Shown here piece after piece: positions 10,388-23,300 of a stretch of DNA of 64,000 bases. The position numbers and the translations under genes are program-made. This DNA is from Candidatus Latescibacterota bacterium (lineage in GTDB: Bacteria; Latescibacterota; UBA2968; GCA-2709665). The DNA lies in assembly GCA_963667175.2 (NCBI GenBank), contig CAXXXF010000010.1, positions 29,343-93,342 of the forward strand, read 5' to 3'. Position 1 is the first letter of the stretch, and every line of letters starts with the position of its first letter. Below the pieces are notes generated by a model. That model did not search any database, was not told the DNA's origin, and saw only the letters and a program-made list of their open reading frames with translations.

Positions 10388-10432
10388 GAACATACGACGG
10401 GCTCCGGTTTTTCCGGAGCCCGTCGTATGTTC
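10388..10432 (-). terminator. 20-bp perfect stem-loop downstream of tonB
   Basis: GAACATACGACGGGCTCCGG-ttttt-CCGGAGCCCGTCGTATGTTC. Confidence 0.6.
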
Positions 10433-10453
10433 GGATCGGCGGACGCGCCGCTC

Positions 10454-11224
10454 TCATTCCTCAAGCTTGAAGTGTATCGGAATCACGAGCCACACCTTGA
10501 CGGGCCGATCGCTCTGGCGCGCCGGCTCGAAACGGAACTTGCCAACGGCTTCTTTGGCCGAATTCCGGAAGATCTGCTCCCCTTTCAAGACCTGGATCGA
10601 CTCCGCCTTGCCGTCCTTGCCAAGAAGCACTTTCAACATCACCGATCCTTGCAGGCCGGCACGCAGCGCAAACTCCGGATATACAGGGATCGCCCGCCTG
10701 ATCAGCCTGGGCTTCTGCTCCACCTTCCAGACTTCCAGGATTTCCTCCTCTTCGATGAGAATGGCTTCATTCTCTGCCGTCGGAGGCGGCGGCAGATCCA
10801 CCGGGACGTCTTCCAATTCGAGATCGGTCGTCTCGATGGTCACGTCGTCCGGTACGTCTTCGCTTTCCGTCTCAATCGGGATAGCCGGACGGGGCGGCGG
10901 CGGCGGACGCGTGAGCTGCCGGGTCTCCGGAAGGTCCTCGACCTGAATCACGATCTGTTCCTGTCTGGCAGTTGTGGCCTGAATGTCCAGGGTTGGAAAC
11001 AGAACGGCAATTCCGGCATGAATCGCCGCGGACAACACAAAGGAAAAGCCCAGAACCTGCCGATATCGTCGCTTCAGATCCGCCTCCGGTTCCTTTTCCC
11101 GCTTTTCCACCTGGATCCCGGTTCTCCGGTCCGCCAGAAGCAACTGAAAACGCTTGCGTTTATCCCGCTGGGCAGCCAGAGTCGACAGGATGGATCCGTC
11201 GAACCGATGCAGCACGAACTTCAT
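10454..11224 (-). CDS. tonB: Energy transducer TonB
   Basis: TM helix with SAAIH, proline-rich linker, C-terminal PVYPEFA..GLQGSV..FRFEPA..PVKV. Confidence 0.85.
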   Translation of the reverse strand: MKFVLHRFDGSILSTLAAQRDKRKRFQLLLADRRTGIQVEKREKEPEADLKRRYRQVLGFSFVLSAAIHAGIAVLFPTLDIQATTARQEQIVIQVEDLPETRQLTRPPPPPRPAIPIETESEDVPDDVTIETTDLELEDVPVDLPPPPTAENEAILIEEEEILEVWKVEQKPRLIRRAIPVYPEFALRAGLQGSVMLKVLLGKDGKAESIQVLKGEQIFRNSAKEAVGKFRFEPARQSDRPVKVWLVIPIHFKLEE

Positions 11225-11589
11225 CTCTCCCCCCTCAAGGTATTTCCTCTTTCAACGGTAAAAGCGATTAGAATCACAACGTATATCTATCGTGTTACGG
11301 ATCGGTTACGTGAAGGTTGTGAATCTGTGACCTGTGGAGACGAACCGACGACGAGGCGTGGTTCCTTCAATGCATTTCGACTTCGCAACTCGCTTCTTCG
11401 TTCCAAAAATCCGACGTTGAGTCTGAAAGCGGACGAGGCGAAGCATTCCGGGCGCCGGCCGACGAAGAGCAGATCCTCGGAACCTGCCCCCGGCTTATTT
11501 TCGTTTTAATTGACGGCCCTCGACCTTATACTTCTAACACTATACCTGTACCAATACCTGGCATCGATGATTATCCGGAGGCGAAGGCC

Positions 11590-13412
11590 ATGGACTCGAG
11601 GACTCGATGGGGTATCGGCGGCGCGGGAGGCGCGTACTTTCTCGCCGAGCCCGGTGAGCTTGTCATTGACCTCCAGAAACGCGACCGGAACGTCCACAAC
11701 CGCCGCACGGACCTGCGCGCGCTTCTGGTTTCGCCCGACCGGAATGTCCTGCGGGACGTGACCCTGCCCGATACCGGGCCGGGCGACAGCGCGGGACCGC
11801 TTCAACATACACGGTTGGCGACGCATGTCAACCAAAAAGGCATCTACAAACTCAATGTCACCATCTCCAACGACAGGTACGGCGAGGAGATCGTGTGGGC
11901 GTTTCGAACCAACTGCAAGCGTTACCTAATCGAGACCTCACGCGGACACAAGGACGCCGCGCACCAGGAACCCATCGTCCTGCTCGCGCCGGAGTATCCC
12001 GGCAACGTCTGCTTTATGCCGCCACCCGGCGAATTCGCCGTTGAAATCGAAGACCTGCCAGACACGGTGGAGACGGTGTCCGTGTTCGACGAGGTCGATA
12101 ACCTCGCAGATACCCTGGCAGTTCAGAACGGGCGCGCCACCGGGACATTCGCCGCGGAAACGCATCGGTTGGCGCCCTGGCGCCTCCACCTGCCCGCGCA
12201 GCAAGCCGTGATCCACGTCGACGGGGTCACGCGCTGGAGCGACGGCGACCCGCACGCGAAGATGTCCTATTGGACCCCGTGCCGGGATTCTTTCTTTCCC
12301 CTCCACCCCTGCCGCTGGCTTCTGACGCCATACAACAGGAACCTGTACGTCCGCCCCGGGGAGTCCGGATCGATCGACTTTACGATCCGGAACAGTTCGA
12401 ACCGCCCGCAGACGGTGAGACTGGAGGCCGAATGCGACGGGGCCGACGCCCTTCCCGTCCTGCTGTCCGCGGACACCGTGGACCTCGGCCCAATGGAAAG
12501 CGCCGGCGTCGCCGCCCGCTACAGCATGCCCCTTTCGACAGACGTCCTCCAGTGCCGGCTTCGGGCGACTTCGGAGGGATTTCCAGAGGTCTCCACGTAT
12601 TCGACGATAACGTTGAGGGCCGGAACGTCACCTGTCCGGCGTCCCATCCAACTGCCACTGGTTTTCAGACCTTACGAACATGAGAACGCGCAATTCGGTT
12701 ATGCGCCCGATCTGCCCATGGAAAACCAGATCTATTTCGACGTGGACAACCGGCCATTCGCCCGGACCGAAACCGGACTTGCCACGTTGCGCGACGGCGC
12801 ATGGACCACGTCGGATTTCAGGAGTTCCGTACAGGGCGTGGAGAACGCGGTTTTTGGGGCCGCGTCCACGAAGATCGCCTTTGACTCCGAGAATCTACTA
12901 TATCTTGTAGCCAATGTCAATGGCCAACCCAACTTGCTGTATTCAGCGGATCAGGGCCTTTCCTTTTCCACCTGCGCGATTGCGGGCAAGGAAGACCATC
13001 CGCTCACGTTTGATATCGAGTGGTTTACCGGCCACAACGCCTGCGACGGCCCGCCGCCCGTCCTCCGCTATGCCCGTACCGGTGAAGATGTACGCCTTTT
13101 CTGGCGTAAAGTCAATGACCTGGAACTCTTTCTGCCGGAGATGACGTCCAGCGGCTTGTCGTTGGGCCCTCCGATTCTCGTTTCGGACCAATGCATCGGG
13201 CTCTCTCAGCACTCCGGAATCCCGGCTTCCGTGGTCTCTAAAGATGGAAAAGTGCACGTCATCTGGGCCGAAGCCACCGATCCGGACGAGGACGTTCCGG
13301 GCGTTCCCACGTACGTCGCCACCATCGATCGGGAGACCCGGGAAATGGGCGAGCCCGCGCTGGTGGGTTACGGTCCGCCCGCGAACGACGTCCACAATTC
13401 GCCCAGCATCAC
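11590..13412 (+). CDS. BNR-repeat family protein, 5' part (interrupted by group II intron)
   Basis: ORF ends NDVHNSPSIT at the intron boundary; joining to 14171 restores the frame (HNSPSITMDGQGYLH). Confidence 0.75.
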
Positions 13413-14170
<758 letters not shown>

Positions 14171-14669
14171 CATGGACGGCCAGGGCTATCTGCATGCCCT
14201 GTCAGGAACCCACGGATGCCCCTTCCCGTATGCCCGCTCGCTGGCTCCGAACACCGCGCAGGCCGGCTGGACCGTGCCCGATGCCGCCTGGCCGGATGCG
14301 CGCCAGACCTACATCGGCTTCGTCTGCGATCCGGAGGACACGCTGCATTCGGCTTTCAGGCTCTGGTGGAACGGCACGAGCTACTTCCCGGCCGGCAACT
14401 ATGCGACCCTCGCGCATCAGCGTCGTCCCCCGGGCGACGCCTGGCAGGAACCCCGGGTGCTTGTCGTGCCTCCGTTTTCGGAATACAGCGTCTTCTACCA
14501 CCGCCTGACCATCGACCGTGCAGGAAGGCTCTTTCTGTCGTACGACTACTTTTCCACCTACTGGTTCTACAGGAACGACCACCAGGGAAGCCGCCGCGCG
14601 CTGATGATGTCCGCGGACGGCGGAAGGACGTGGAAACTGGTCGAGACCGCAGATCTGGTTGGATCATGA
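14171..14669 (+). CDS. BNR-repeat family protein, 3' part
   Basis: MDGQGYLHALSGTHG...YSVFYHRLTID...SADGGRTW (BNR/Asp-box). Confidence 0.75.
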
Positions 14670-14749
14670 ATTGCGGCCGGTAACCTGCACAGACGGCAAA
14701 CACCTGTTCACGATCGGGGTCGAACAGGCCAGGGAGGATCCTGTTTGCG

Positions 14750-16501
14750 ATGGCAAAGAGAATATCTCGCAGGAATGGACCGACCCGGGACAACGAATCC
14801 GCCGGCGTCGCGGAAATCTGTAAGGCGGCGCGCGAGGGCGACGTGGACCGCGTCCGGTCCATCCTGGAGAAGAAACCCGAGCTTGCGCGTCGGGACGGTC
14901 CACAGGGCTATCAGGCCATCCACCTTGCGGCGAGGGAGGGGCGCCTGGAGGTGGTCAGGCTGCTCCTGGCGGCCGGGGCCAGCCCGACCCGGATGACCTA
15001 CCGGGAGCGCGTGTCGGCGATTGAGATGGCCCGGCGCCACGGACATGCCGAAGTGGCCGACGTGATGGAGGCGTGGCGGTCCCGGCACTCGGGAGAGACG
15101 GAATCGGGAATCCTCCTTTGCCAGGCCGCCGGCAGGCGGGACGTCGATGCGATGCGGGAACTGCTTGACGCCGACCCGCCCGGGATACACTCGGTCGACA
15201 GGAGCGGGGATACGGCGCTCCATGTGGCCGTGGAGAACCACCACGTGGACGGGGTCGTAGAGTTGCTGGATCGAGGCGCCGACCCGAATCGGGCGAACGC
15301 GCGCGGGAAGAAGCCCATCCACCTTGCGCTCGGACCGCGGCCCAAACGCGGATGGGACCCGCCGCCGAGCCCCCTGTGGCCGGTAATCGGCGGAATTCTG
15401 CTGGGACACGGCGCCGAATACGACCTGTGGATTGCCTGCGCCATCGGCGACGTCGACGGGGCGCGGAGGATCCTGGATGCCGATCCAGATTCCGTGAACG
15501 ACTGGGCCCGGAACTATCCCGGGATGGACGCGTATCCGATCTCGATTGCCGCCGACAAGGGACACCGCGAGGTGGTGCGCCTCCTCCTGGAACGGGGCGC
15601 CGATCCGGACACGCCGTATGACAAGCACGAAGGATACCCCGTGGCCGAGCGAGGCGCGCCATTGCACGCGGCGGCCCTCAACGACGATCTGGAGATGGCA
15701 ACGCTGCTGCTGGAACACGGGGCATCGGCGCATACCGTAATGGATGCATCCGGCAACGCCCTGAACTGGGCGATCGCGAACGGGAACGACGCGTTGGAAA
15801 AACTGCTCTTGCGACATGGTGCGTTCCCAGGGTTCGACGACGAGGCATCTCCTGGATTCTACGCCGCGAACAGCGATAATATCTCCGTCGACGCCGCGCT
15901 CGTCAACTCCGATCCATCGTGTGCGAAGGAGGTCCTGAAGGGCGCCGTCCATGGCGGGCATCCGGACCTCGTGGCAGTCTGCCTCTCGCAGAATCCGGAT
16001 TTTTCCGAGCCCGAAATGCACGACGTGATGTGCCTGGCCATGCGCATGTGGCGGCTGCGGTGCCCGGGCAATCCTGGAGGTGCCCGGGCCGAGCACTTCT
16101 ACACCTGCTTCGAGCTTCTCCTGGATCACGGATTCGACCCGAACGCCCGCGAGAAGAAGGACGGCCTCACGCCGCTACACTGGACCGCGGAGATCACCTG
16201 GCACGTCAGTGAGCAGGATCGAATCGTGTTCGCGGAAAAGCTGATCGACCGCGGCGCGGAGCTGAACGTGCTGGGCGGAGAAAGACGATCGTCGCCGCTC
16301 GCAATGGCGGTGCGTTTCGAGTGGCCCGAACTCGCCGGGTTCATGCTGGAGAAGGGCGCCGACCCGAATCTGGCGGGCGCCCCCTGGGCGACGCCTCTGG
16401 CCTGGAGCGAAAACCCGCAGGGCTACAAAGAATATGCTCGACTCGACACGGAGATAACAGACCTGGGCGCACTGCTCAGGCGATACGGCGCGAAGGAATA
16501 G
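14750..16501 (+). CDS. Ankyrin repeat protein
   Basis: Multiple G.TALH.A / LL..GADPN repeats. Confidence 0.9.
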   Translation: MAKRISRRNGPTRDNESAGVAEICKAAREGDVDRVRSILEKKPELARRDGPQGYQAIHLAAREGRLEVVRLLLAAGASPTRMTYRERVSAIEMARRHGHAEVADVMEAWRSRHSGETESGILLCQAAGRRDVDAMRELLDADPPGIHSVDRSGDTALHVAVENHHVDGVVELLDRGADPNRANARGKKPIHLALGPRPKRGWDPPPSPLWPVIGGILLGHGAEYDLWIACAIGDVDGARRILDADPDSVNDWARNYPGMDAYPISIAADKGHREVVRLLLERGADPDTPYDKHEGYPVAERGAPLHAAALNDDLEMATLLLEHGASAHTVMDASGNALNWAIANGNDALEKLLLRHGAFPGFDDEASPGFYAANSDNISVDAALVNSDPSCAKEVLKGAVHGGHPDLVAVCLSQNPDFSEPEMHDVMCLAMRMWRLRCPGNPGGARAEHFYTCFELLLDHGFDPNAREKKDGLTPLHWTAEITWHVSEQDRIVFAEKLIDRGAELNVLGGERRSSPLAMAVRFEWPELAGFMLEKGADPNLAGAPWATPLAWSENPQGYKEYARLDTEITDLGALLRRYGAKE

Positions 16502-16555
16502 ACCGGAGCCGGCGGACACGCAGTCGTCGGCCGAATAGAGCGAAAGGATTAACGC

Positions 16556-17365
16556 ATGATCTACCAGCTCAGGATCACCATGCAGGACATCAAGCCGCCG
16601 ATATGGCGCCGCGTCCTCGTTGACGGCGAGAGTTCGCTGGGCGACCTCCATTTGATTTTTCAAATCGCGATGGGGTGGACAAATTCCCATCTCCACGAGT
16701 TTCGCATCGGCAACTCCCGCTACGGAACGTGCGACCCGGCGTTGGACGATTTCGACGAAGACGTGCAGGACGAAGATCTGATCACGCTCGAGCAGGCGGC
16801 GCCGTTCGTCGGCGTTGAGTTTCTCTACGAATACGATTTCGGAGACAGCTGGGTTCATCTGGTGAAAGTCGAGGCAATCACCGAACCCGAGTCGAAAGCG
16901 TTCAAGCCCGCGTGTCTCGCGGGTGAGCGGTCGTGTCCGCCCGAGAACGTCGGCGGAATCACGGGATACGCGGAATTCCTGGAGGCCCTGGCGGACGGCG
17001 ACCATCCGGAGTATTCCTCGATCATCGAATGGATTGGCGGCGAATTCGACCCTGAGCACTACCCGATCGCCCTTGTCAATGAAATCCTCTCCCGATTCGA
17101 ATTGGACGCGCTCTTCGATACCATGGAGGAGGTCTCCTATACCTATCGGCAGGGACAATACCTTTCGTACATCCATTACTACACGAAGGTGAACGGCATC
17201 CCGCCGGCCCATGCCGACATTCAGCGCTACTTTGGCGTCACGCCGCCAACCGTAAACAGCATGCTCAAACGACTGGATGAGGCGGGCCTTATCGCGAGAA
17301 TCCCTCGTCAGGCTCGCTCGATAAGGGTTCTCCTGCACCCGGAGGACATTCCGGAACTGGATTAG
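16556..17365 (+). CDS. pRiA4b ORF-3 family protein fused to a C-terminal winged-HTH
   Basis: PPIWRR, WTNSHLHEF, YEYDFGDSW, CPPENVGG; then QGQYLSYIHYY..PPAHADIQRYFGVTPPTVNSML. Confidence 0.85.
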   Translation: MIYQLRITMQDIKPPIWRRVLVDGESSLGDLHLIFQIAMGWTNSHLHEFRIGNSRYGTCDPALDDFDEDVQDEDLITLEQAAPFVGVEFLYEYDFGDSWVHLVKVEAITEPESKAFKPACLAGERSCPPENVGGITGYAEFLEALADGDHPEYSSIIEWIGGEFDPEHYPIALVNEILSRFELDALFDTMEEVSYTYRQGQYLSYIHYYTKVNGIPPAHADIQRYFGVTPPTVNSMLKRLDEAGLIARIPRQARSIRVLLHPEDIPELD

Positions 17366-17417
17366 CGTCGAGCAGCTGACGAACACATTCTGCAATTGAG
17401 AATCGGGATAATGATCG

Positions 17418-18254
17418 ATGACGACGCTCAGCGGGATAGACGTCGAAGCGTTCCGTGAACTGGGGTACCACGTGGCGCGGGGCGTATTCGGGCGGGATGA
17501 GATCGCACGACTGCGCGAGGGTTACGACTACATCCTCGACCTGGCGACCAGGACGGACCTGCCGGATGAAGTCCTCAACGGCAGACGGCGCGACGTGCAT
17601 ATTCACCTGCAGACACCCCGCCCGATGGCCGGCCCGGACGCGGTACGATATCTGCGCAAGGTCCAATGGCCCGCGCTGATTCATCCGGCGTTCGAGGAGA
17701 TCCGCAACAGTCCGAATTTTCCCGCACTCCTGGCGCCGCTGATCGGCACGACGTTGAAGCAGTTTATCAATCAGATCAACTTCAAGATGCCGGGCGGGAA
17801 CATCGAATTCCCGTGGCACCAGGACGTCCGTCCCACGCCCGCGTTTCGCGATCAGGTAAACAATTACGTGCAGACGATCGTCGTGGTGGACGAGGCGACC
17901 GTCGCGAGCGGATGTCTGTACGTCGTCCCGGGCAGCCATAAGCTGGGAAACCTGAAGGTGAAACGGTACGCGAAAGGAAGCGTCGAGTCGCAATTGGACG
18001 TCTCCTCCGCGGCGCCCTGCGAGGCCCTGCCGGGCGACGTGCTGATGTTCACGTCGTACACGGTCCACGGATCGTCGCCGAATATGACGGACCGGCCCCG
18101 GAGATCGTACATCAACGGATTCGTCCGCGCATCCGCTTGCGACGTAGGGCGATGGGCGTTCCTGGACGGGAAGCCCGTGCCCATCACGAGCGACTACGAC
18201 CACCACGCGATACGGTACAGACCAACAACTGCTACAGGAGGAAGGGCACGTTGA
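17418..18254 (+). CDS. PhyH-family Fe(II)/2-oxoglutarate dioxygenase
   Basis: WHQD, GCLYVVPGSH, HGSSPN..R motifs. Confidence 0.9.
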   Translation: MTTLSGIDVEAFRELGYHVARGVFGRDEIARLREGYDYILDLATRTDLPDEVLNGRRRDVHIHLQTPRPMAGPDAVRYLRKVQWPALIHPAFEEIRNSPNFPALLAPLIGTTLKQFINQINFKMPGGNIEFPWHQDVRPTPAFRDQVNNYVQTIVVVDEATVASGCLYVVPGSHKLGNLKVKRYAKGSVESQLDVSSAAPCEALPGDVLMFTSYTVHGSSPNMTDRPRRSYINGFVRASACDVGRWAFLDGKPVPITSDYDHHAIRYRPTTATGGRAR

Positions 18255-18258
18255 AGAG

Positions 18259-19002
18259 ATGCAAAGCCACGATTTCGACCGATTGACACGACGTCTGGAG
18301 GCGCTGGATCTGGTGGATATGGAGATGGAGACGGCCGGATACGCGGACGACTATCCCATCTATTGCATCCGATTGGGCGGCGACCCGGCTGGCAGGAAAC
18401 GGGTGCTTCTCTCCGGCGGAGTCCACGGTGACGAACCTGCGGGACCGGAGTCGGTCCTTGCATTCCTCGAGCGAGATCCGGTAGACCTGCTGGAGGATTT
18501 CGTATTCCTGATTCTGCCGTGTGTCAATCCCTGGGGGTACGTCAATAACAAGCGGGAAAACAGCAGGGGTCAGGATATCAACCGATCGTTCTCCGAGTCC
18601 GGTGTTTCCGAAGGCGAAATCGGCCGGCGAACGTTGAAGGGAGAGCGGTTCGACCTTTACGTGGATCTTCACGAAGACTGGGAGGCCGCCGGTTTCTACA
18701 TGTACGAAGTCAGGCGCGATGGACAATACGCGGGGCCGGACGTCGTTCGCAAGGTCGAGAAGGTGGGCCCCATCGATCCGGATTCAGAGGACGACAATGA
18801 CATCCCGGTTTCCCGCGGAGTCTACAAAGTCGATCCCGCGTGGGGGATCGGCGGGATCGTCCCGTACGTATATCATTATCATGCGGACCACGCGCTCATC
18901 TTCGAGACGCCCACGGGCTGGCCGATGGCGCAGCGAACCGCGGCGCATCTCGCCGGCCTCGATTCCGTCCTCGAATGGACCCTCGACAATCCCGCCGGCT
19001 GA
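18259..19002 (+). CDS. M14 family metallocarboxypeptidase (AstE/AspA-like)
   Basis: GVHGDE, NPWG, DINRSF, DLHED, FETP. Confidence 0.85.
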   Translation: MQSHDFDRLTRRLEALDLVDMEMETAGYADDYPIYCIRLGGDPAGRKRVLLSGGVHGDEPAGPESVLAFLERDPVDLLEDFVFLILPCVNPWGYVNNKRENSRGQDINRSFSESGVSEGEIGRRTLKGERFDLYVDLHEDWEAAGFYMYEVRRDGQYAGPDVVRKVEKVGPIDPDSEDDNDIPVSRGVYKVDPAWGIGGIVPYVYHYHADHALIFETPTGWPMAQRTAAHLAGLDSVLEWTLDNPAG

Positions 19003-19035
19003 TGCCGATCCCTCGCAATTGCCCTCGATGATCCC

Positions 19036-19752
19036 ATGTCCGACCGCACGCCCACGTGGATCTTCTTCGACTGCTTCAATACCCTTCTCGATGATTTCGA
19101 CGAAACCGGAGACGAGTCCGGATTGAGTTCGATTCTCGACCTGCCGGTCCGGGAGGGATACTTCGCCACAACGCACGACTTCGTGAACGCGTATTCGCGC
19201 TGGCGGCACAACCGGTTGACCGGCGAATCGCGGGAGGTGTTGCTTGCGGATCGTCTGACTGAGGTGCTCGCGGCTTCGGGAAAGACCGGTCGAGTGTCCG
19301 TACACCGGCTCGTTCAGGAAATGGTCGATGAATTCGAGAGGTCCTATCCGAAGCAGGTCCGTCGAACCCCGGGCGTCGCGGGCATGCTGGCGTCGTGGCG
19401 CGGCAGGGTTCGAATGGGCGTCGTCTCGAATTTCTACCTGACCGGTTGGCCGGAGCGACTCCTGGCGGCTCACGGACTGTCGCGTTATTTCGAATTCGTC
19501 ATCGACAGCGCGGCGATCGGATTCAGAAAACCGGGTTCTGAAATCTATCGCGAAGCCCTCCGCCAGGCCGGCCTCAGTGTTGACCAGGCAGGCGACGTCC
19601 TGTTCATCGGGGACAATCTGCGCAACGACGTTTTGGCACCGAAGTCGACGGGCATGGACGCGATCTTTTTCGATCGGTCTCACGACCGGCCTACGGCGAA
19701 CCCCCAGACCTGGCCTGACTCGATCACCCGCTGGGACGAATTCAGGCCGTGA
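19036..19752 (+). CDS. HAD-superfamily hydrolase
   Basis: FDCFNTL, VSN, KP, IGDNLRND. Confidence 0.85.
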   Translation: MSDRTPTWIFFDCFNTLLDDFDETGDESGLSSILDLPVREGYFATTHDFVNAYSRWRHNRLTGESREVLLADRLTEVLAASGKTGRVSVHRLVQEMVDEFERSYPKQVRRTPGVAGMLASWRGRVRMGVVSNFYLTGWPERLLAAHGLSRYFEFVIDSAAIGFRKPGSEIYREALRQAGLSVDQAGDVLFIGDNLRNDVLAPKSTGMDAIFFDRSHDRPTANPQTWPDSITRWDEFRP

Positions 19753-19855
19753 GCAGGGGCAGGTTTGAAACCTGCCCCTACGATAATCAAAGACGCGATG
19801 AATTGATTTCGTCAGCCGATTGCGGCCGATGGCTGATCCCCGTCTTCTGCCTCAC

Positions 19856-19883
19856 CTGGGAACGAGGGCATCTTGCCCTCGTT
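19856..19883. repeat. Second palindromic repeat family (GGGCATCTTGCCC core); copy at 50115-50138
   Basis: AACGAGGGCATCTTGCCCTCGTT versus GCGGGCAAGATGCCCGCGCTCCCA. Confidence 0.55.
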
Positions 19884-20074
19884 GGCTTTGATTTGACCTG
19901 TAGGGGCCTGCCTGCTGCAGGCAGGCAATCCTTGTGGTTGCCCGCCTTCCCCTTCGTCATTTCAATCGGGCGGTTCCCGAACCGCCCCTACAAGAAACAG
20001 GCGTCCGGGAATTCGTGCCGCCGGTCCCAATCGCAAACGGTATTGGCAGACGGTTGATAGCTGACGCCAGGTTT

Positions 20075-20150
20075 TCCTCCCCCTTTCCCCCCGGGAGAGG
20101 GGGCCTGCCTGCCGAGCAGAACTCGGCGCAGGCAGGCCGGGGGGAGAGGT
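20075..20150. repeat. CCC(T)CTCCC...GGGAGAGGG repeat carrying a nested mini-palindrome; related copy at 6863-6900
   Basis: CCCCTTTCCCCCCGGGAGAGGGGG[insert]CCGGGGGGAGAGG. Confidence 0.6.
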
Positions 20151-20312
20151 TTGCGGGGCGGAGGGTGGTCCGCTGACGGCTGAGAGCCGACCGCTGATCG
20201 CTGCCTTGCATTTGAGGTTGTCGTTCATTATATTAGTGAACGGATGTTCCCCTTTCCATCGTGGTCAACTCATCTCGTCGCCGCGTCGACGGACACCGGA
20301 TGAGGAACGCGC

Positions 20313-23300
20313 ATGTCTGTAGAAAACTTCCATCCCGCTGTCGGGCAGTGGTTTAACCAGAATTTCAGCGGTCCGTCCGAAATCCAGTCGCTGGCCTGGC
20401 CTGAAATAGGAAACAGGCGGGACGTCCTGTTGTCCGCGCCGACCGGATCCGGGAAAACGCTCGCGGCATTTCTGGCGGTCCTGAACGACCTCTTCGAGCG
20501 CTGCCTGGACGGCACGCTGGAGGACCGGACCCAGGTCGTCTACGTGTCGCCGCTGAAAGCGCTCAGCAACGATATCCATCGCAATCTGCAGCTTCCGCTC
20601 AAGGGCATAAAGGCGCTCCTGGAGCAGAACGGCTGTCCCGACGTCGACGTGCGGGCGATGGTCCGAACCGGAGACACCCCGAGCGCCGAGCGGGCGAAGA
20701 TGGTCAGGACGCCGCCCCACGTTCTGGTGACCACGCCGGAGTCCCTCTACCTTCTCCTCACAAGCAACGGCGGGCGTGAAATGCTCAGCGACGCGGGCAC
20801 CCTCATCGTCGACGAGATCCACGCCGTTGCCGGAAACAAACGCGGGGCCCACCTGTCCATTTCGATGGAGCGTCTGGCGCGCCTGAGCCGGAACCCGCTG
20901 CACCGGATCGGCATCTCCGCCACCCAGAAGCCCATCGACCGGATGGCGCGTTATCTGACCGGCGGCGCGGAATCCTGCGCGGTCCTCAATATCGGACATA
21001 AACGCGAGCTGGAACTCGAGATCGAACTGCCCGAATCCCCGCTCACCGCAGTGATGGCCAACGAGGTCTGGGAAGAAATCCATCAGTCCCTCGAGTCCAC
21101 CATCGCACAGCACCAGACCACCCTGATCTTCGTGCCCACCCGCGCGATGACCGAACGCCTGTCGCATCACCTGTCCGAACGTCTGGGCCCCGAGGTCGTC
21201 TCCGCCCACCACGGGAGCATGTCCAGGGAAAAACGTCTCGACGCCGAAACGAGACTCAAGGCCGGCGCCCTCAGGGCCCTGGTGGCCACCGGATCTCTCG
21301 AGCTGGGCATCGACGTGGGGTCCATCGATCTGGTCGTCCAGATCGGATCCCCCAAGGCCATCGCCACGCTGCTCCAGCGCGTCGGCCGTTCCGGCCACAC
21401 CCTCGAGGGCACGCCGAGGGGGAAGCTGGTTCCGCTCACCAGAGACGAACTGGTCGAAGCCGTGGCGCTGCTGGACAGCGTCCGCCGGGGCGAACTGGAC
21501 AGCCTTCCCCTTCCCCGCAAGCCGCTGGACGTGCTTGCGCAGCAGGTCGTGGCGGAAGTCGCCTGCGAGGACAACACGGCGGACGCGCTCTACGACCTCG
21601 TCCGCAAGTCGTTCATCTATCGTGACCTGAGCCGGGAGGAGTTCAACGGCGTTATCCAGATGCTCGTTGACGGATTCACGTTCAGAAGAGGCACGAGACG
21701 GTCGTATCTCCACTTCAATCCCGTCACACAGACGTTGAGGGCCAAAAAAGGCGCCCGCCTCAACGCGACGGTCTCCGGAGGAACCATTCCCGACCAGTTC
21801 GACTACGACGTTCGGCTCGAACCCTCGGGAGTTCAGATCGGCTCGGTCCACGAGGATTTCGCCGTCGAGAGCCTTCCAGGGGACATCTTCCAGCTTGGCA
21901 CGGCATCCTGGCGAATCCTCAAAGTGGAGACCGGCAAGGTTCGCGTCGAAGACGCCGACGGCCTCCCCCCCACGATGCCGTTCTGGATCGGCGAAGCCCC
22001 GGGCAGGTCAGCGGAACTGTCAACCGCGGTTTCCCGAATCCGCGAGGAAGTGTCTGCGCGAATCGACCTCGATGAACTCGATGACGACGGGTCGGGCGAG
22101 TGGAAACGGGATGCCGCCGCATGGCTCACGGACGACGTCGGCACGACCTCGGAGGCAGCCGATCAGGTGGTCACGTACCTGGCGGCAACAAAGGCATCCC
22201 TGGACCTGGTCCCGTCCCAGAAACACATCGTTCTCGAGCGTTTCTTCGACGAAGTGGGCGACCAGCATCTCGTCATTCATTCGGTCTTCGGAAACCGGCT
22301 GAACCGGGCGTGGGGGCTCGCGCTTCGAAAACGGTTCTGCCGCAAGTTCAACTTCGAACTCCAGGCGGCGGCCAATGAGGAGAGTCTCGTGCTCTCGCTC
22401 GGCCCCACGCACAGTTTCCCTCTCAAGGAAGTGGTCGACTATCTGAACGACCGGACGGTCCGCGAGGTGCTCGTGCAGGCCCTGCTGGACGCGCCCATGT
22501 TCCAGGCGCGATGGCGGTGGAACGCCTCCACCGCGCTGGCCGTGCTCAGACGAAGGGGCGGGGAACGGGTTCCGCCCCAGATCCAGCGTTCCGACGCCGA
22601 AGACCTGCTGGCGCTCATTTTTCCCGACCAGCTCGCCTGCCTGGAGAACATCCCGGGCGACCGCGAGGCGCCGGACCATCCCCTCGTCTATCAGACCATT
22701 CACGATTGTCTCCACGAGGCGATGGACGTGGACGCCCTGGAAGGCCTCCTCCAGCGGATACACACCGGCGAAATCGACGTGTCGGCACGAGACCTGCGCG
22801 AACCTTCGCCGATGTCCGAAAGCATCCTCAACGCGCGGCCGTACGCGTTTCTGGACGACGCCCCTCTGGAGGAAAGGCGGGTACAGGCGGTCAGGACGCG
22901 CAGAAGGCTGGAGCCCGAAGACGCCAGGAAGTTGGGCAAGCTCGAGAAGGGCGCTATCGAGGCGGTTCAGGCGGAGGCCTGGCCCGCGGTAACGGACGCC
23001 GACGAGTTGTACGACGTCCTGGTGATGCATGGGTTTCTGACCGATAGGGAAATATCGGAAGGCGGCGACCGAACGTGGCGCCCGTTCCTGTCGTCCCTGG
23101 TCGAATCGGGCCAGGCGGCGCCCGTCGAGCGCGCGAACGGCCCGAAACTCTGGATTGCCGTCGAACGGATTCCGCAATTAAAGGTCCTGTACGCGGAAGC
23201 CGTCAAAGGCAGCGAGACCGCGGTCCACGACTCCATCCGAGAGTTTTCGTCGGAAGATCCGGAGCAGGTGCTCACGGATGTAATCCGGGGCAGGATCGAA

